Positions 38,288-45,925 of a stretch of 64,000 bases of DNA are shown piece after piece; position 1 is the first letter of the stretch, and every line of letters begins with the position of its first letter. The stretch is from assembly GCA_019119715.1 (NCBI GenBank), contig DWWM01000042.1, forward strand, positions 75,629-139,628. The letters run 5' to 3'. The stretch comes from Candidatus Merdibacter merdavium. Its GTDB lineage: Bacteria > Bacillota_I > Bacilli_A > Erysipelotrichales > Erysipelotrichaceae. The notes beneath the pieces were generated by a model that saw only the letters and a list, made by a program, of their open reading frames with translations, was not told the DNA's origin and ran no database searches. Both the position numbers and the translations under genes were made by a program.

Positions 38288-38432
38288 TTCGATCTGAAGA
38301 TAACCGGTTGCGATGAAATCACCTCCTGCCTTATCTTATGAACGGGCAGTGAGAGGAAAAGGGAGAGTGCCCATGAGCGACATCGTGATAAAGTATGCTA
38401 TAATAAAAAAAACGGCCAGAGGAGGTAATACC

Positions 38433-39428
38433 ATGCCAAACATCATCACACATGCCATTTTTGCGCAGGAAGTATCAAAAAAAGAAAAGGACGAGAAGAT
38501 CAAGGCGCTCATGGAGCGTGCGGAGCATTTGTATGTCATCGGGGCCAATGGACCGGATTTTTTGTTTTTCTCGCATGTCAAGCCGTGGGAGGCGTATCAG
38601 TCACATAAGCTGAATCATCTTGGTTCGCAGATGCACGCGCAAGGCATCAATGCCTTTTATGCTGAAGCGCTTGCCTGTGTGCGCCGGCAGACACAGACGG
38701 CGGTGCGCCAGGATATGTGCGCTTATTTGTTCGGGCATCTTTGTCACTGGGCGCTGGATATGGCGGCGCATCCATATATTTTCTATCGCACTGGCGATTG
38801 CAAGGGGAAGAGCGCTGGTTATCACCACCGTATGGAGTCAATGATCGACGCGGTCATGCTCAAGCGCATGCGCGGTGAGGATATCCGCCAGTGGCGCAGC
38901 TATGAGCTGTGCACCTTTGATGAGGATATGCTCAAGGCAATCGCGCGCATCTATGTGCCATGCGCCAAAAAAGTCTATGACACAGAGGTCAAGGTGAATG
39001 AACTGCGGAAGACGCTGGAATCATGGCATGATGTGCAAAAGCTGCTGTATGACCCAAACGGCCGCAGGTATCAGCTGCTGCAGGGCGCGGAGAAGCTGCT
39101 CAAGGCGAAATGGCGGATCTCCGGCAATGTCGTACCAGCAACGATCGATCCGCGCTATGATGTCATGAATGATGAGCGGCGTTTCTGGATGCATCCATGT
39201 GATGATCAGATCGTCAGCAACGCGACATTCATGGATCTTTTTGAAGAAGCGCAGAGCATAGCGCTGGAAGTCATTGCCGCTGCATGGCGCTGCATCGAGG
39301 AAGGCGCGGAAACCACGGCGCTGACCGATCTCCTGAAGGATCGTGCGTATGATACCGGGATGGCTCCTGGCACACCGATGCGGCATTTTGAGATCATCTA
39401 CGAGGAGGAACGAGATGAAGCTGTTTGA
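38433..39428 (+). CDS. zinc-dependent phospholipase C-like family protein
   Basis: MPNIITHAIFAQEV ... GANGPDFLFFSH ... HLCHWALDMAAHPYIF ... HHRMESMID His-rich metal-ligand pattern. ATG 38433 lies 7 nt after GGAGG. The ORF-track N-terminal extension is rejected. Confidence 0.7.
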   Translation: MPNIITHAIFAQEVSKKEKDEKIKALMERAEHLYVIGANGPDFLFFSHVKPWEAYQSHKLNHLGSQMHAQGINAFYAEALACVRRQTQTAVRQDMCAYLFGHLCHWALDMAAHPYIFYRTGDCKGKSAGYHHRMESMIDAVMLKRMRGEDIRQWRSYELCTFDEDMLKAIARIYVPCAKKVYDTEVKVNELRKTLESWHDVQKLLYDPNGRRYQLLQGAEKLLKAKWRISGNVVPATIDPRYDVMNDERRFWMHPCDDQIVSNATFMDLFEEAQSIALEVIAAAWRCIEEGAETTALTDLLKDRAYDTGMAPGTPMRHFEIIYEEERDEAV

Positions 39429-40326
39429 TCTGCATGCCGATCTTGGCTATGCGGTGGCAAAGAAACGTAAGGAAGGGCATTCCCGTGTCTTGTCTTCGTT
39501 CTACACTGATGCGCTTCGCAAAGGCGGGATCAAAGCTGTTTTCATGGCCTGCTGGTTTGACGGCTCCCAGGACTTTGAGCAAATGTGTGCCATGATACAG
39601 GCGCTGAAAGCAGATATCGCGCAATGTGAAGAAGTGAAGCTGGTGTGCGATGGACGCATGATCGACTGGACAGATGACAAGATCTATGCCATGCTCAGCG
39701 TCGAAGGCATGTGCGGGATTGACCGTGATCCGGAAACGCGGCTCGATTGGCTGTATGCGCAGGGCGTGCGCATGGGATCGCTTTGCTGGAATGAGGAGAA
39801 TGCGCTGGCCAGCGGAACACGCAGCCAAAAGGGGCTGACGCCGCTGGGGATCCGGGCAGTGCGCCATATGGAACGCATCGGAATGCGCATCGATGTCTCG
39901 CACGCAAGTGAGCGCACATTCTGGGATATCGCGGAACATACCGAAGGGATATTGGTCGCTTCTCATTCTAATGCGGCAGCGCTTTGTTCGCATCCGCGCA
40001 ATCTCAGCGATGAGCAGATCAGGCTGATCGGCAGACGAAAGGGCATCATCGGGGCGACAGCGGTCGGTGCTTTTGTGGACGGCAAGAAAGGATATCAGGA
40101 TATCGGCCATCTTGCCAGACATGTGGAGCGGCTGTGCCGTTGTGCGGGGGAAGCGCATGTCGGCTTTGGCTTTGATTTCGAGCGGTATTATGATGGCAGC
40201 GGCGATGGGCTCAGAGGCCTGGAGGGGCCAGAACAGTGCGGCGCGCTGATCGACTGGCTGAAGCGCGATCCGCGGTATGAAAAAACGGCATGTGAAAATG
40301 CCGTGAGAATCTTTTCATTTGAGTGA
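39415..40326 (+). CDS. M19-family (renal-type) dipeptidase
   Basis: MKLFDLHADL ... EGMCGI ... WNEENALA ... IDVSHAS ... ASHSNA ... GFDFE motif series. Overlaps the upstream gene by 14 nt. Confidence 0.85.
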   Translation: MKLFDLHADLGYAVAKKRKEGHSRVLSSFYTDALRKGGIKAVFMACWFDGSQDFEQMCAMIQALKADIAQCEEVKLVCDGRMIDWTDDKIYAMLSVEGMCGIDRDPETRLDWLYAQGVRMGSLCWNEENALASGTRSQKGLTPLGIRAVRHMERIGMRIDVSHASERTFWDIAEHTEGILVASHSNAAALCSHPRNLSDEQIRLIGRRKGIIGATAVGAFVDGKKGYQDIGHLARHVERLCRCAGEAHVGFGFDFERYYDGSGDGLRGLEGPEQCGALIDWLKRDPRYEKTACENAVRIFSFE

Positions 40327-40427
40327 AATCCCTTACAGAAGTATTCTATCACAGATCTTGTCAAATTCCTAGACTGTAATTTGGATTGCGTCAGGTTATA
40401 ATAAAGGTAGAAACGAGGAGGGATTTT

Positions 40428-40964
40428 ATGAAAGTCCAAATTTATGGTAAGAACATTACCGTGACTCCGGCGATCGCCGAAAAAATCGAAAAGAAACTCA
40501 ATATGCTGAATAAGTATTTCATCATTGCAGAAGATGATACGGCCAATGTGGTCGTTCGTGTTTATCCGGCAAAGCAGAAGATCGAGGTGACCATTCCGAC
40601 CAAATATGCGGTATTGCGCGCAGAGGTGGTGCATGATGATCTTTATGCCGCCATCGATCTGGCTGTAGATAAGCTGGAGGATCAGATCCGCCGTCAGAAG
40701 ACCCGCTTGACACGCAAGAATAAGACCAAGCTGGCCGAGGCATTCGTGGATCACGAGCTGCTCGGTGAAGAGTATGATGAGAGCGAGGATGAGGTCGTCC
40801 GCACGAAGACGATCGATCCGGATATGATGGATCTTGATGAAGCGATCATGCGCATGGAGATGCTGGGACACAGTTTCTTTATCTATCGTGATGATGAGAC
40901 ACGTGAGATCGCGGTCGTGTACAAGCGCAATGATGGCGGATATGGCTTGATCGAAACGGAATGA
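40428..40964 (+). CDS. hpf: ribosome hibernation-promoting factor, long form
   Basis: MKVQIYGKNITVTPAI... sigma-54-modulation/S30EA domain plus a C-terminal dimerisation domain (HSFFIYRDDETREIAVVYKRNDGGYGLIE). Confidence 0.9.
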   Translation: MKVQIYGKNITVTPAIAEKIEKKLNMLNKYFIIAEDDTANVVVRVYPAKQKIEVTIPTKYAVLRAEVVHDDLYAAIDLAVDKLEDQIRRQKTRLTRKNKTKLAEAFVDHELLGEEYDESEDEVVRTKTIDPDMMDLDEAIMRMEMLGHSFFIYRDDETREIAVVYKRNDGGYGLIETE

Positions 40965-40973
40965 TGTATAACA

Positions 40974-41003
40974 GCGTCGTCTGAAAAGACGGCGTTTTTT
41001 TTA
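40974..41003 (+). terminator. rho-independent terminator after hpf
   Basis: CGTCGTCT-GAAA-AGACGGCG followed by a T8 run. Confidence 0.75.
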
Positions 41004-41027
41004 TTGTGACAATCATGGTGTCACAAT
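41003..41027. promoter_or_regulatory. perfect 9-bp inverted repeat upstream of the spoIIGA region
   Basis: ATTGTGACA-N7-TGTCACAAT. Confidence 0.4.
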
Positions 41028-41057
41028 ATGAGATATGCTGGAAGCGGAGGTGAGAGG

Positions 41058-41276
41058 ATGAAGTACAGCATTCAGCTGCGTGAAGGATGGATCGGCTTTT
41101 ACGACTGCCGCAACGGCCGTTATGGCGTGACTGCAAACGCGCCGGAACGGATCCGCTGCTCTTATCCGCTGGCCTGGCACATCGCACAGACACTGCGGGA
41201 GCGCGGCATCGCAGCGCGGATCCAGCCGGCAGCGGGAATAGAACATGCGGCCTGGGCATACAATGCATTGAAGTGA
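41058..41276 (+). CDS. hypothetical small protein (72 aa)
   Basis: ATG 41058 lies 6 nt after GGAGGTGAGAGG. The translation MKYSIQLREGWIGFYDCRNGRYGVTANAPERIRCSYPLAWHIAQTLRERG... matches nothing I recognise. Confidence 0.4.
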   Translation: MKYSIQLREGWIGFYDCRNGRYGVTANAPERIRCSYPLAWHIAQTLRERGIAARIQPAAGIEHAAWAYNALK

Positions 41277-41343
41277 GGGACGGGACAGAAACCGACAGCT
41301 TGCGTGAAGCGGGGCCTCTATACTGTAATGCGGGAGGGGCCGT

Positions 41344-42072
41344 ATGGAAAGCTATGTAGAGATCGCATTCATTCACAATTTTCTGACCGATCTGCTCAGT
41401 GTGTGGATGGCGCTGTATCTCGTACAGCGGCCGCTGCATGGCGGTAGAGTGACGTTGTATGCGCTGTGTGCTTCGGCCTGGAGCGCATTTGTCTTTTTGG
41501 ACATTGGCTGGATCGGCGTGGCAGCCATCGAGACGATCGGCTTCATCGCGGTCTTTTACCGGCAGCTGGCCTTATATGGCGTAAATCTGCTCATGCGCAC
41601 GCTCTGGCATGCGACGGCATTCATCTTCTGGGAAGGAAGCTTTCATCTGGGCGCTTTTTTTCCCTGGATCCACACACCGATCTGGATCTGCTGGCTATTG
41701 TATCTGGCTGTGTTCTTCTATCTGCGCACGCATGCCATGACGCTGCTGCGACAGCGATTCATCTATGGCTGCACATTGTATGGAAGCGAAACGATCCGGC
41801 TGAAAGGATATATGGACAGCGGCAATCTGATGCAATGTCAGCATCAGCCGGTCGTCTTCGTGAATGCCAGGTATGAACCGCTGTTTGAAGGGAACGCGCG
41901 GACCATCGAGGTACATAGCATCCATGGCACAAAGCGGATGAAGGCTTACCATATCTTGTGTGAAGTGGATGGATGCCGCAAATGTCGGGTGTTTGCGGTG
42001 TTTGTCGACGGGCTGATCCTGCGGCGCAATTGCGCGATGATCCTGAATCTGAAAATGTTGAGTATGAGGTGA
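41344..42072 (+). CDS. spoIIGA: sigma-E processing peptidase SpoIIGA
   Basis: Five N-terminal TM helices, then the aspartyl-protease motif GYMDSGN. Located immediately upstream of sigE. Confidence 0.85.
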   Translation: MESYVEIAFIHNFLTDLLSVWMALYLVQRPLHGGRVTLYALCASAWSAFVFLDIGWIGVAAIETIGFIAVFYRQLALYGVNLLMRTLWHATAFIFWEGSFHLGAFFPWIHTPIWICWLLYLAVFFYLRTHAMTLLRQRFIYGCTLYGSETIRLKGYMDSGNLMQCQHQPVVFVNARYEPLFEGNARTIEVHSIHGTKRMKAYHILCEVDGCRKCRVFAVFVDGLILRRNCAMILNLKMLSMR

Positions 42073-42077
42073 AGAAT

Positions 42078-42776
42078 ATGAGATGGTGGAAATGGCTCAA
42101 ACAGCTGTTCTGGGAGAAAGAAGAAAATGTGCTGTTCTATATGCAGGGGCACGATGTGCTGCCCCAGCCGCTGAGCAGGGAAGAGGAAGAAGCAGCGCTC
42201 ATCGCCTGGGAAAACGGTGATGAGGAGGCCCGCAGCCGACTGATCGAGCATAATCTGCGGCTCGTCGTCTATATCGCCAAGCGCTATGAGACCAATCCGA
42301 TATTCATGGAGGATCTCATCAGCATCGGTTCCATCGGGTTGATCAAGGCAGTCAACACCTTCCGCCGCGATAAGAACATCAAGCTGGTCACTTATGCGTC
42401 GCGCTGTATCGAAAATGAGATCCTGATGTTTCTGCGCAAGAAAAGCCGGCGCAAGGTGGAGGTCAGCTTCGATGAACCGCTGAATATCGATTATGATGGC
42501 AATGAGCTGTTGCTCAGCGATGTGCTGGGCACGGATGATGATACGGTCATCCGTGAATTTGAGAAAAATGAGAACCGCCGTGAATTGTTAAAGGCGATGA
42601 AAGGCCTGAAAGAGAGGGAGAGGATGATCTTGCAGATGCGTTATGGCATCGAGCATGAAGAGCTGACGCAGAAAGACATTGCCAAGAAGTTGGGCATCTC
42701 TCAGTCTTATATTTCAAGGCTGGAGAAACGGATCTTGCAGAAGCTGAAGACTCAGCTGAAGGTCAAAGCGGACTGA
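42078..42776 (+). CDS. sigE: RNA polymerase sporulation sigma factor SigE (pro-sigma-E)
   Basis: Pro-sequence [12 protein letters not shown]..., region 2 [13 protein letters not shown], and region 4 [28 protein letters not shown] 42078 follows GAGGTGAAG. Confidence 0.95.
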   Translation: MRWWKWLKQLFWEKEENVLFYMQGHDVLPQPLSREEEEAALIAWENGDEEARSRLIEHNLRLVVYIAKRYETNPIFMEDLISIGSIGLIKAVNTFRRDKNIKLVTYASRCIENEILMFLRKKSRRKVEVSFDEPLNIDYDGNELLLSDVLGTDDDTVIREFEKNENRRELLKAMKGLKERERMILQMRYGIEHEELTQKDIAKKLGISQSYISRLEKRILQKLKTQLKVKAD

Positions 42777-42792
42777 CGGTCCGTTTTTTTTG
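42768..42792 (+). terminator. weak terminator after sigE
   Basis: GCGGAC-TGAC-GGTCCG followed by a T8 run. The stem overlaps the stop codon. Confidence 0.55.
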
Positions 42793-42893
42793 TCAAGGCA
42801 TGACTGCTTCCAATTTATGACAGTGAGGCATGCAGAATAGAGAAGGAAACGAACGGGCAGACTTCTAGTACAGGGTAACTGGGAGGAATGCCA

Positions 42894-43673
42894 ATGAGTC
42901 GTTACAAAGTCGTGATCAGCGGGCTGTCCACCGATCATCTGCATGTGCTGAGCAATGAACAGATGAATGAGCTGTTTAAGAAATACCAAGACGGGGATGC
43001 GCAGGCAAAGGAGGAATTGATCTGCGGCAACCTCAAGCTGGTGCTTTCGATCGTTCAGCGTTTCGCGGCCCGCTGTGACAATATGGATGATCTGTTTCAG
43101 GTCGGATGCATCGGTCTGGTCAAGGCGATCGATCATTTTGATCTGGCGCATCAGGTCCGTTTCTCTACTTATGCGGTGCCGATGATCATGGGTGAGATCC
43201 GCCGGTATCTGCGGGATAATTCAGTGATCCGTGTTTCTCGGCATCTCAAGGATCTGGCATACCAGATCTTCCGGCTGAAAGAAGCTTATGTGCATGAGCA
43301 TCGTCATGAGCCTTCTCTCGCATGGCTGGCTCAGCAATGTGGGGCAAAAGAGAAGGATGTGGCAGATGCCCTTGACGCGTGTCAGAGCGTGCTCTCGATC
43401 TTTGAGCCGATCTACAGCAGCGACGGCGATGAATTGTATCTGCTTGATCAGATCAAGGATGAGCATGATGAGATCGCCAGGGAGCGGGATCTCATCTCGC
43501 TGCATGCCAGCATGCATGTGCTCAATGAACGGGAAAAAGATATCATCAGAAGGCGTTATTATGAGGATCAGACGCAGATGGAGATTGCCGGAGAGCTTGG
43601 CATCTCACAGGCTCAGGTATCGCGTCTGGAGAAAAACGCCATCCGTTCGCTGCGTGACCAGATGGAACAGTAG
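42894..43673 (+). CDS. sigG: RNA polymerase sporulation sigma factor SigG
   Basis: GNLKLVLSIVQRF, FSTYAVPMIMGEIRRYLRD and TQMEIAGELGISQAQVSRLEK motifs. ATG 42894 lies 8 nt after GGGAGGA. Confidence 0.93.
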   Translation: MSRYKVVISGLSTDHLHVLSNEQMNELFKKYQDGDAQAKEELICGNLKLVLSIVQRFAARCDNMDDLFQVGCIGLVKAIDHFDLAHQVRFSTYAVPMIMGEIRRYLRDNSVIRVSRHLKDLAYQIFRLKEAYVHEHRHEPSLAWLAQQCGAKEKDVADALDACQSVLSIFEPIYSSDGDELYLLDQIKDEHDEIARERDLISLHASMHVLNEREKDIIRRRYYEDQTQMEIAGELGISQAQVSRLEKNAIRSLRDQMEQ

Positions 43674-43717
43674 TTCACTTTTGAAGCTGTGCCGCATAAG
43701 ATAAGACAGGTGAGGCT

Positions 43718-43957
43718 ATGCGTTTTTCAGAGTTTTGCACCAAAGATGTGGTCAGCGTCGACAATGGCGAAGTGCTGGGCATGCCCTGTGATCTGGAGTT
43801 TGATGAGCATTATCAGATCTGCATCCTGTATGTCATGAGCCGGCCATCCGGCATGAAACGGCTGTTCCCATGGCTTTTCCATGGAGAGGAAAGAATGGTC
43901 CGCATTGCGCAGATCGTTCGTGTCGGAAAAGACGTCATCCTTGTTTCGACCTGCTGA
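43718..43957 (+). CDS. ylmC: YlmC/YmxH-family sporulation protein (PRC barrel)
   Basis: MRFSEFCTKDVVSVDNGEVLGMPCDLEFDEHYQICILYV...IVRVGKDVILV. Confidence 0.85.
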   Translation: MRFSEFCTKDVVSVDNGEVLGMPCDLEFDEHYQICILYVMSRPSGMKRLFPWLFHGEERMVRIAQIVRVGKDVILVSTC

Positions 43958-44014
43958 AAGTGGCTGTTTTTTGCGCTTTTTATAAAATAGCCACTTTTTA
44001 TTTTTAAAGGGTAA

Positions 44015-44023
44015 TGTTATAAT
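44015..44023 (+). promoter_or_regulatory. extended -10 element upstream of sepF
   Basis: TGTTATAAT (TGnTATAAT) lies 25 nt upstream of ATG 44048. Confidence 0.4.
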
Positions 44024-44047
44024 GTGCTTATACTGGAGGTGTGCCTG

Positions 44048-44467
44048 ATGGGAGTCTTAGACAAAGTAAAAGAATTTGTTGCGCCGATCGATGATGAGGG
44101 CGATGACATTCTCGAGGTCGAGGAAGAGGTGGATGATACGCCGCGTTCCCGCTATGAGAGGCCGAAGACGAAAAACGTGAATACAGGAAATACAATGAAG
44201 GCAAAGACAAAGATGGTGCTTTTTGAACCGCGATCTTTTTCAGAATCTGATGAAGTGGCCAAACGCTTGAAAGAAGGAAACGCAGTAGTCGTCAACTTAC
44301 ATAAGCTCGACCGTGAATATGCGCAGCGTACGATCGACTTTTTGACCGGCGTCGTATTTGCGCTGGATGGAAAGATCCAGAAAGTGGGCGCGAATGTCAT
44401 TCTTTGCTCTCCTGCTGAAATCGGTGTGCAGGGACAGATCAACGTAGACAGCGGCGCTGAAGGATGA
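44048..44467 (+). CDS. sepF: cell division protein SepF
   Basis: MGVLDKVKEFV..., with C-terminal domain VLFEPRSFSESDEVAKRLKEGNAVVVNLHKLD...QRTIDFLTG. The GGAGGTG SD is present. Confidence 0.9.
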   Translation: MGVLDKVKEFVAPIDDEGDDILEVEEEVDDTPRSRYERPKTKNVNTGNTMKAKTKMVLFEPRSFSESDEVAKRLKEGNAVVVNLHKLDREYAQRTIDFLTGVVFALDGKIQKVGANVILCSPAEIGVQGQINVDSGAEG

Positions 44468-45213
44468 GTCGTCTGGAGCATTTTCGGGGGCATGAGGATT
44501 TTGTCGCGAGGCTGGAAGACATGCTTGATGTATGTGAACGCCAGAATCGGGTGATCTTCACCCCTTTTTTATCGGAAAGCGAAGGACGCATCGTGGAGCA
44601 GATCTGCGGCAAGAGCAGGCTGCAGCGCAGCTGGGGCGGCTATCCGCAGGCGCAGCGGCGCTGTTACGCGCTGCTTCCATTTGCGATGGATATCGAGTTT
44701 CCTGTCTGTGTGCTGAAGGCATCGTATCAGCCGCGCTTTGGCAAGCTTACGCATCGTGATGTGCTGGGCGCTTTCATGCATCAGGGGATCGAACGCGCGC
44801 AGCTGGGCGACATCCTCATTGAGGAAAGAGACATCTATGTGATGGCAATGGAGCCCATCAGCGCTTATCTGATCGATCAGGTGACCATGATCCGGCACAG
44901 CGGTCTGCGTTTCTCCCGTTATGTGGGAGTGCCAGATATCAAAGTGCGTACGCAGCGGCGCGAATGCAATGTGTCTTCGCTGCGGTTAGATGCGCTCGTC
45001 AGCGCGCTCTGTCATGTTTCCCGTTCTCGGGCAGCGGCGCTTATCGAGGGCGGAATGGTAAAAGTAAACGACCTGCCACTTGAACAATGCAGCGCTTTAT
45101 GCGATAATAATTGTGCTGTTTCCGTTCGCGGGTATGGCCGCTTTCAATTTGTCGGAGTACAGAAGATGACCAGAAAGAATCGCTATGTCATCGAGATACT
45201 CGTTTACTGTTAA
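44464..45213 (+). CDS. ylmH: YlmH-family RNA-binding protein (S4 domain)
   Basis: The ATGA overlaps the sepF stop. C-terminal S4 motif LRLDALVSALCHVSRSRAAALIEGGMVKVN. Confidence 0.85.
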   Translation: MSRLEHFRGHEDFVARLEDMLDVCERQNRVIFTPFLSESEGRIVEQICGKSRLQRSWGGYPQAQRRCYALLPFAMDIEFPVCVLKASYQPRFGKLTHRDVLGAFMHQGIERAQLGDILIEERDIYVMAMEPISAYLIDQVTMIRHSGLRFSRYVGVPDIKVRTQRRECNVSSLRLDALVSALCHVSRSRAAALIEGGMVKVNDLPLEQCSALCDNNCAVSVRGYGRFQFVGVQKMTRKNRYVIEILVYC

Positions 45214-45228
45214 ATTGGAGGTGAAAAG

Positions 45229-45684
45229 ATGGGTATGAAGTTCGATCGAATGAAGGATGGTTACAACCGCTATCAGGTTGACGACCTCATTGGAGAACTG
45301 AATATGCACATCAGCACGCTGGAACGCTCCAATGAGGCTTACCGAAACCGCTGTGCGCAGCTGGAGGAGCAGGTGAGCCGCTTGCGCGCAAATGCGGATT
45401 CTCCTGTAGAACATCTGCGTGAGAAGGAAGATGCCGCATCCCAGATGGTGGCCATCGCCATGAAGGAAGCAAACACGATCGTTGCCACGGCCAGGCAGAA
45501 TGCCGATGTGATCGTCAGTGAGGCGCTGCTCAACGCCAGGCTGATGCTCGCCGACATCGTCAAGCTTTCGGATGAGACCGAAGATGCCAAAGGAACGATA
45601 CGCAGGCAGACCGAGAGGATCAGCAGGCTGCTCGATGAGTTTGAGCGCGTGCCTGTTCCGGGAGCGGATCTGCTGGATAAATGA
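45229..45684 (+). CDS. divIVA: DivIVA-domain protein
   Basis: N-terminal KFDRMKDGYNRYQVDDLIGEL fits F-x-GY-x-VD-FL, followed by a coiled coil. The sepF-ylmH-divIVA-ileS synteny is conserved. Confidence 0.8.
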   Translation: MGMKFDRMKDGYNRYQVDDLIGELNMHISTLERSNEAYRNRCAQLEEQVSRLRANADSPVEHLREKEDAASQMVAIAMKEANTIVATARQNADVIVSEALLNARLMLADIVKLSDETEDAKGTIRRQTERISRLLDEFERVPVPGADLLDK

Positions 45685-45699
45685 AAAGGCGGAGAAAAA

Positions 45700-45908
45700 G
45701 ACATGTCCGTTGACCAAGTCTTCAGAGAGCAGATGGATGGTGCGAATCTGCGGCGCAGGTGAACGGGAATCACTTTGGAGCCGGCCTTCTGAATCAAGTA
45801 AGAAGGCACGTCAGCCTCGCGTTAGCAGGCAGAGGGCACACTGCAGAGCGGTGTGAACTAAGGTGGTACCGCGTTTGATGACGTCCTTAGATCAGGACGT
45901 CTTTTTTT
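45700..45908 (+). promoter_or_regulatory. T-box leader, isoleucine specifier
   Basis: T-box AACTAAGGTGGTACCGCG at 45856..45873. AUC codon followed by A at 45793..45796. Terminator GACGTCC-TTAGATC-AGGACGTC plus a T-run at 45880..45908. Confidence 0.85.
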
Positions 45909-45925
45909 GTCAAGGAGGAATTGAG

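Noticed and set aside
38313-38432. The N-terminal extension (MKSPPALSYERAV...) of the PLC-like ORF in the supplied track.
   Set aside because: This ATG lies inside the SD and start region of the divergent SleC-like gene. A GGAGG sits 7 nt before the internal ATG at 38433, and the family motif begins right there.
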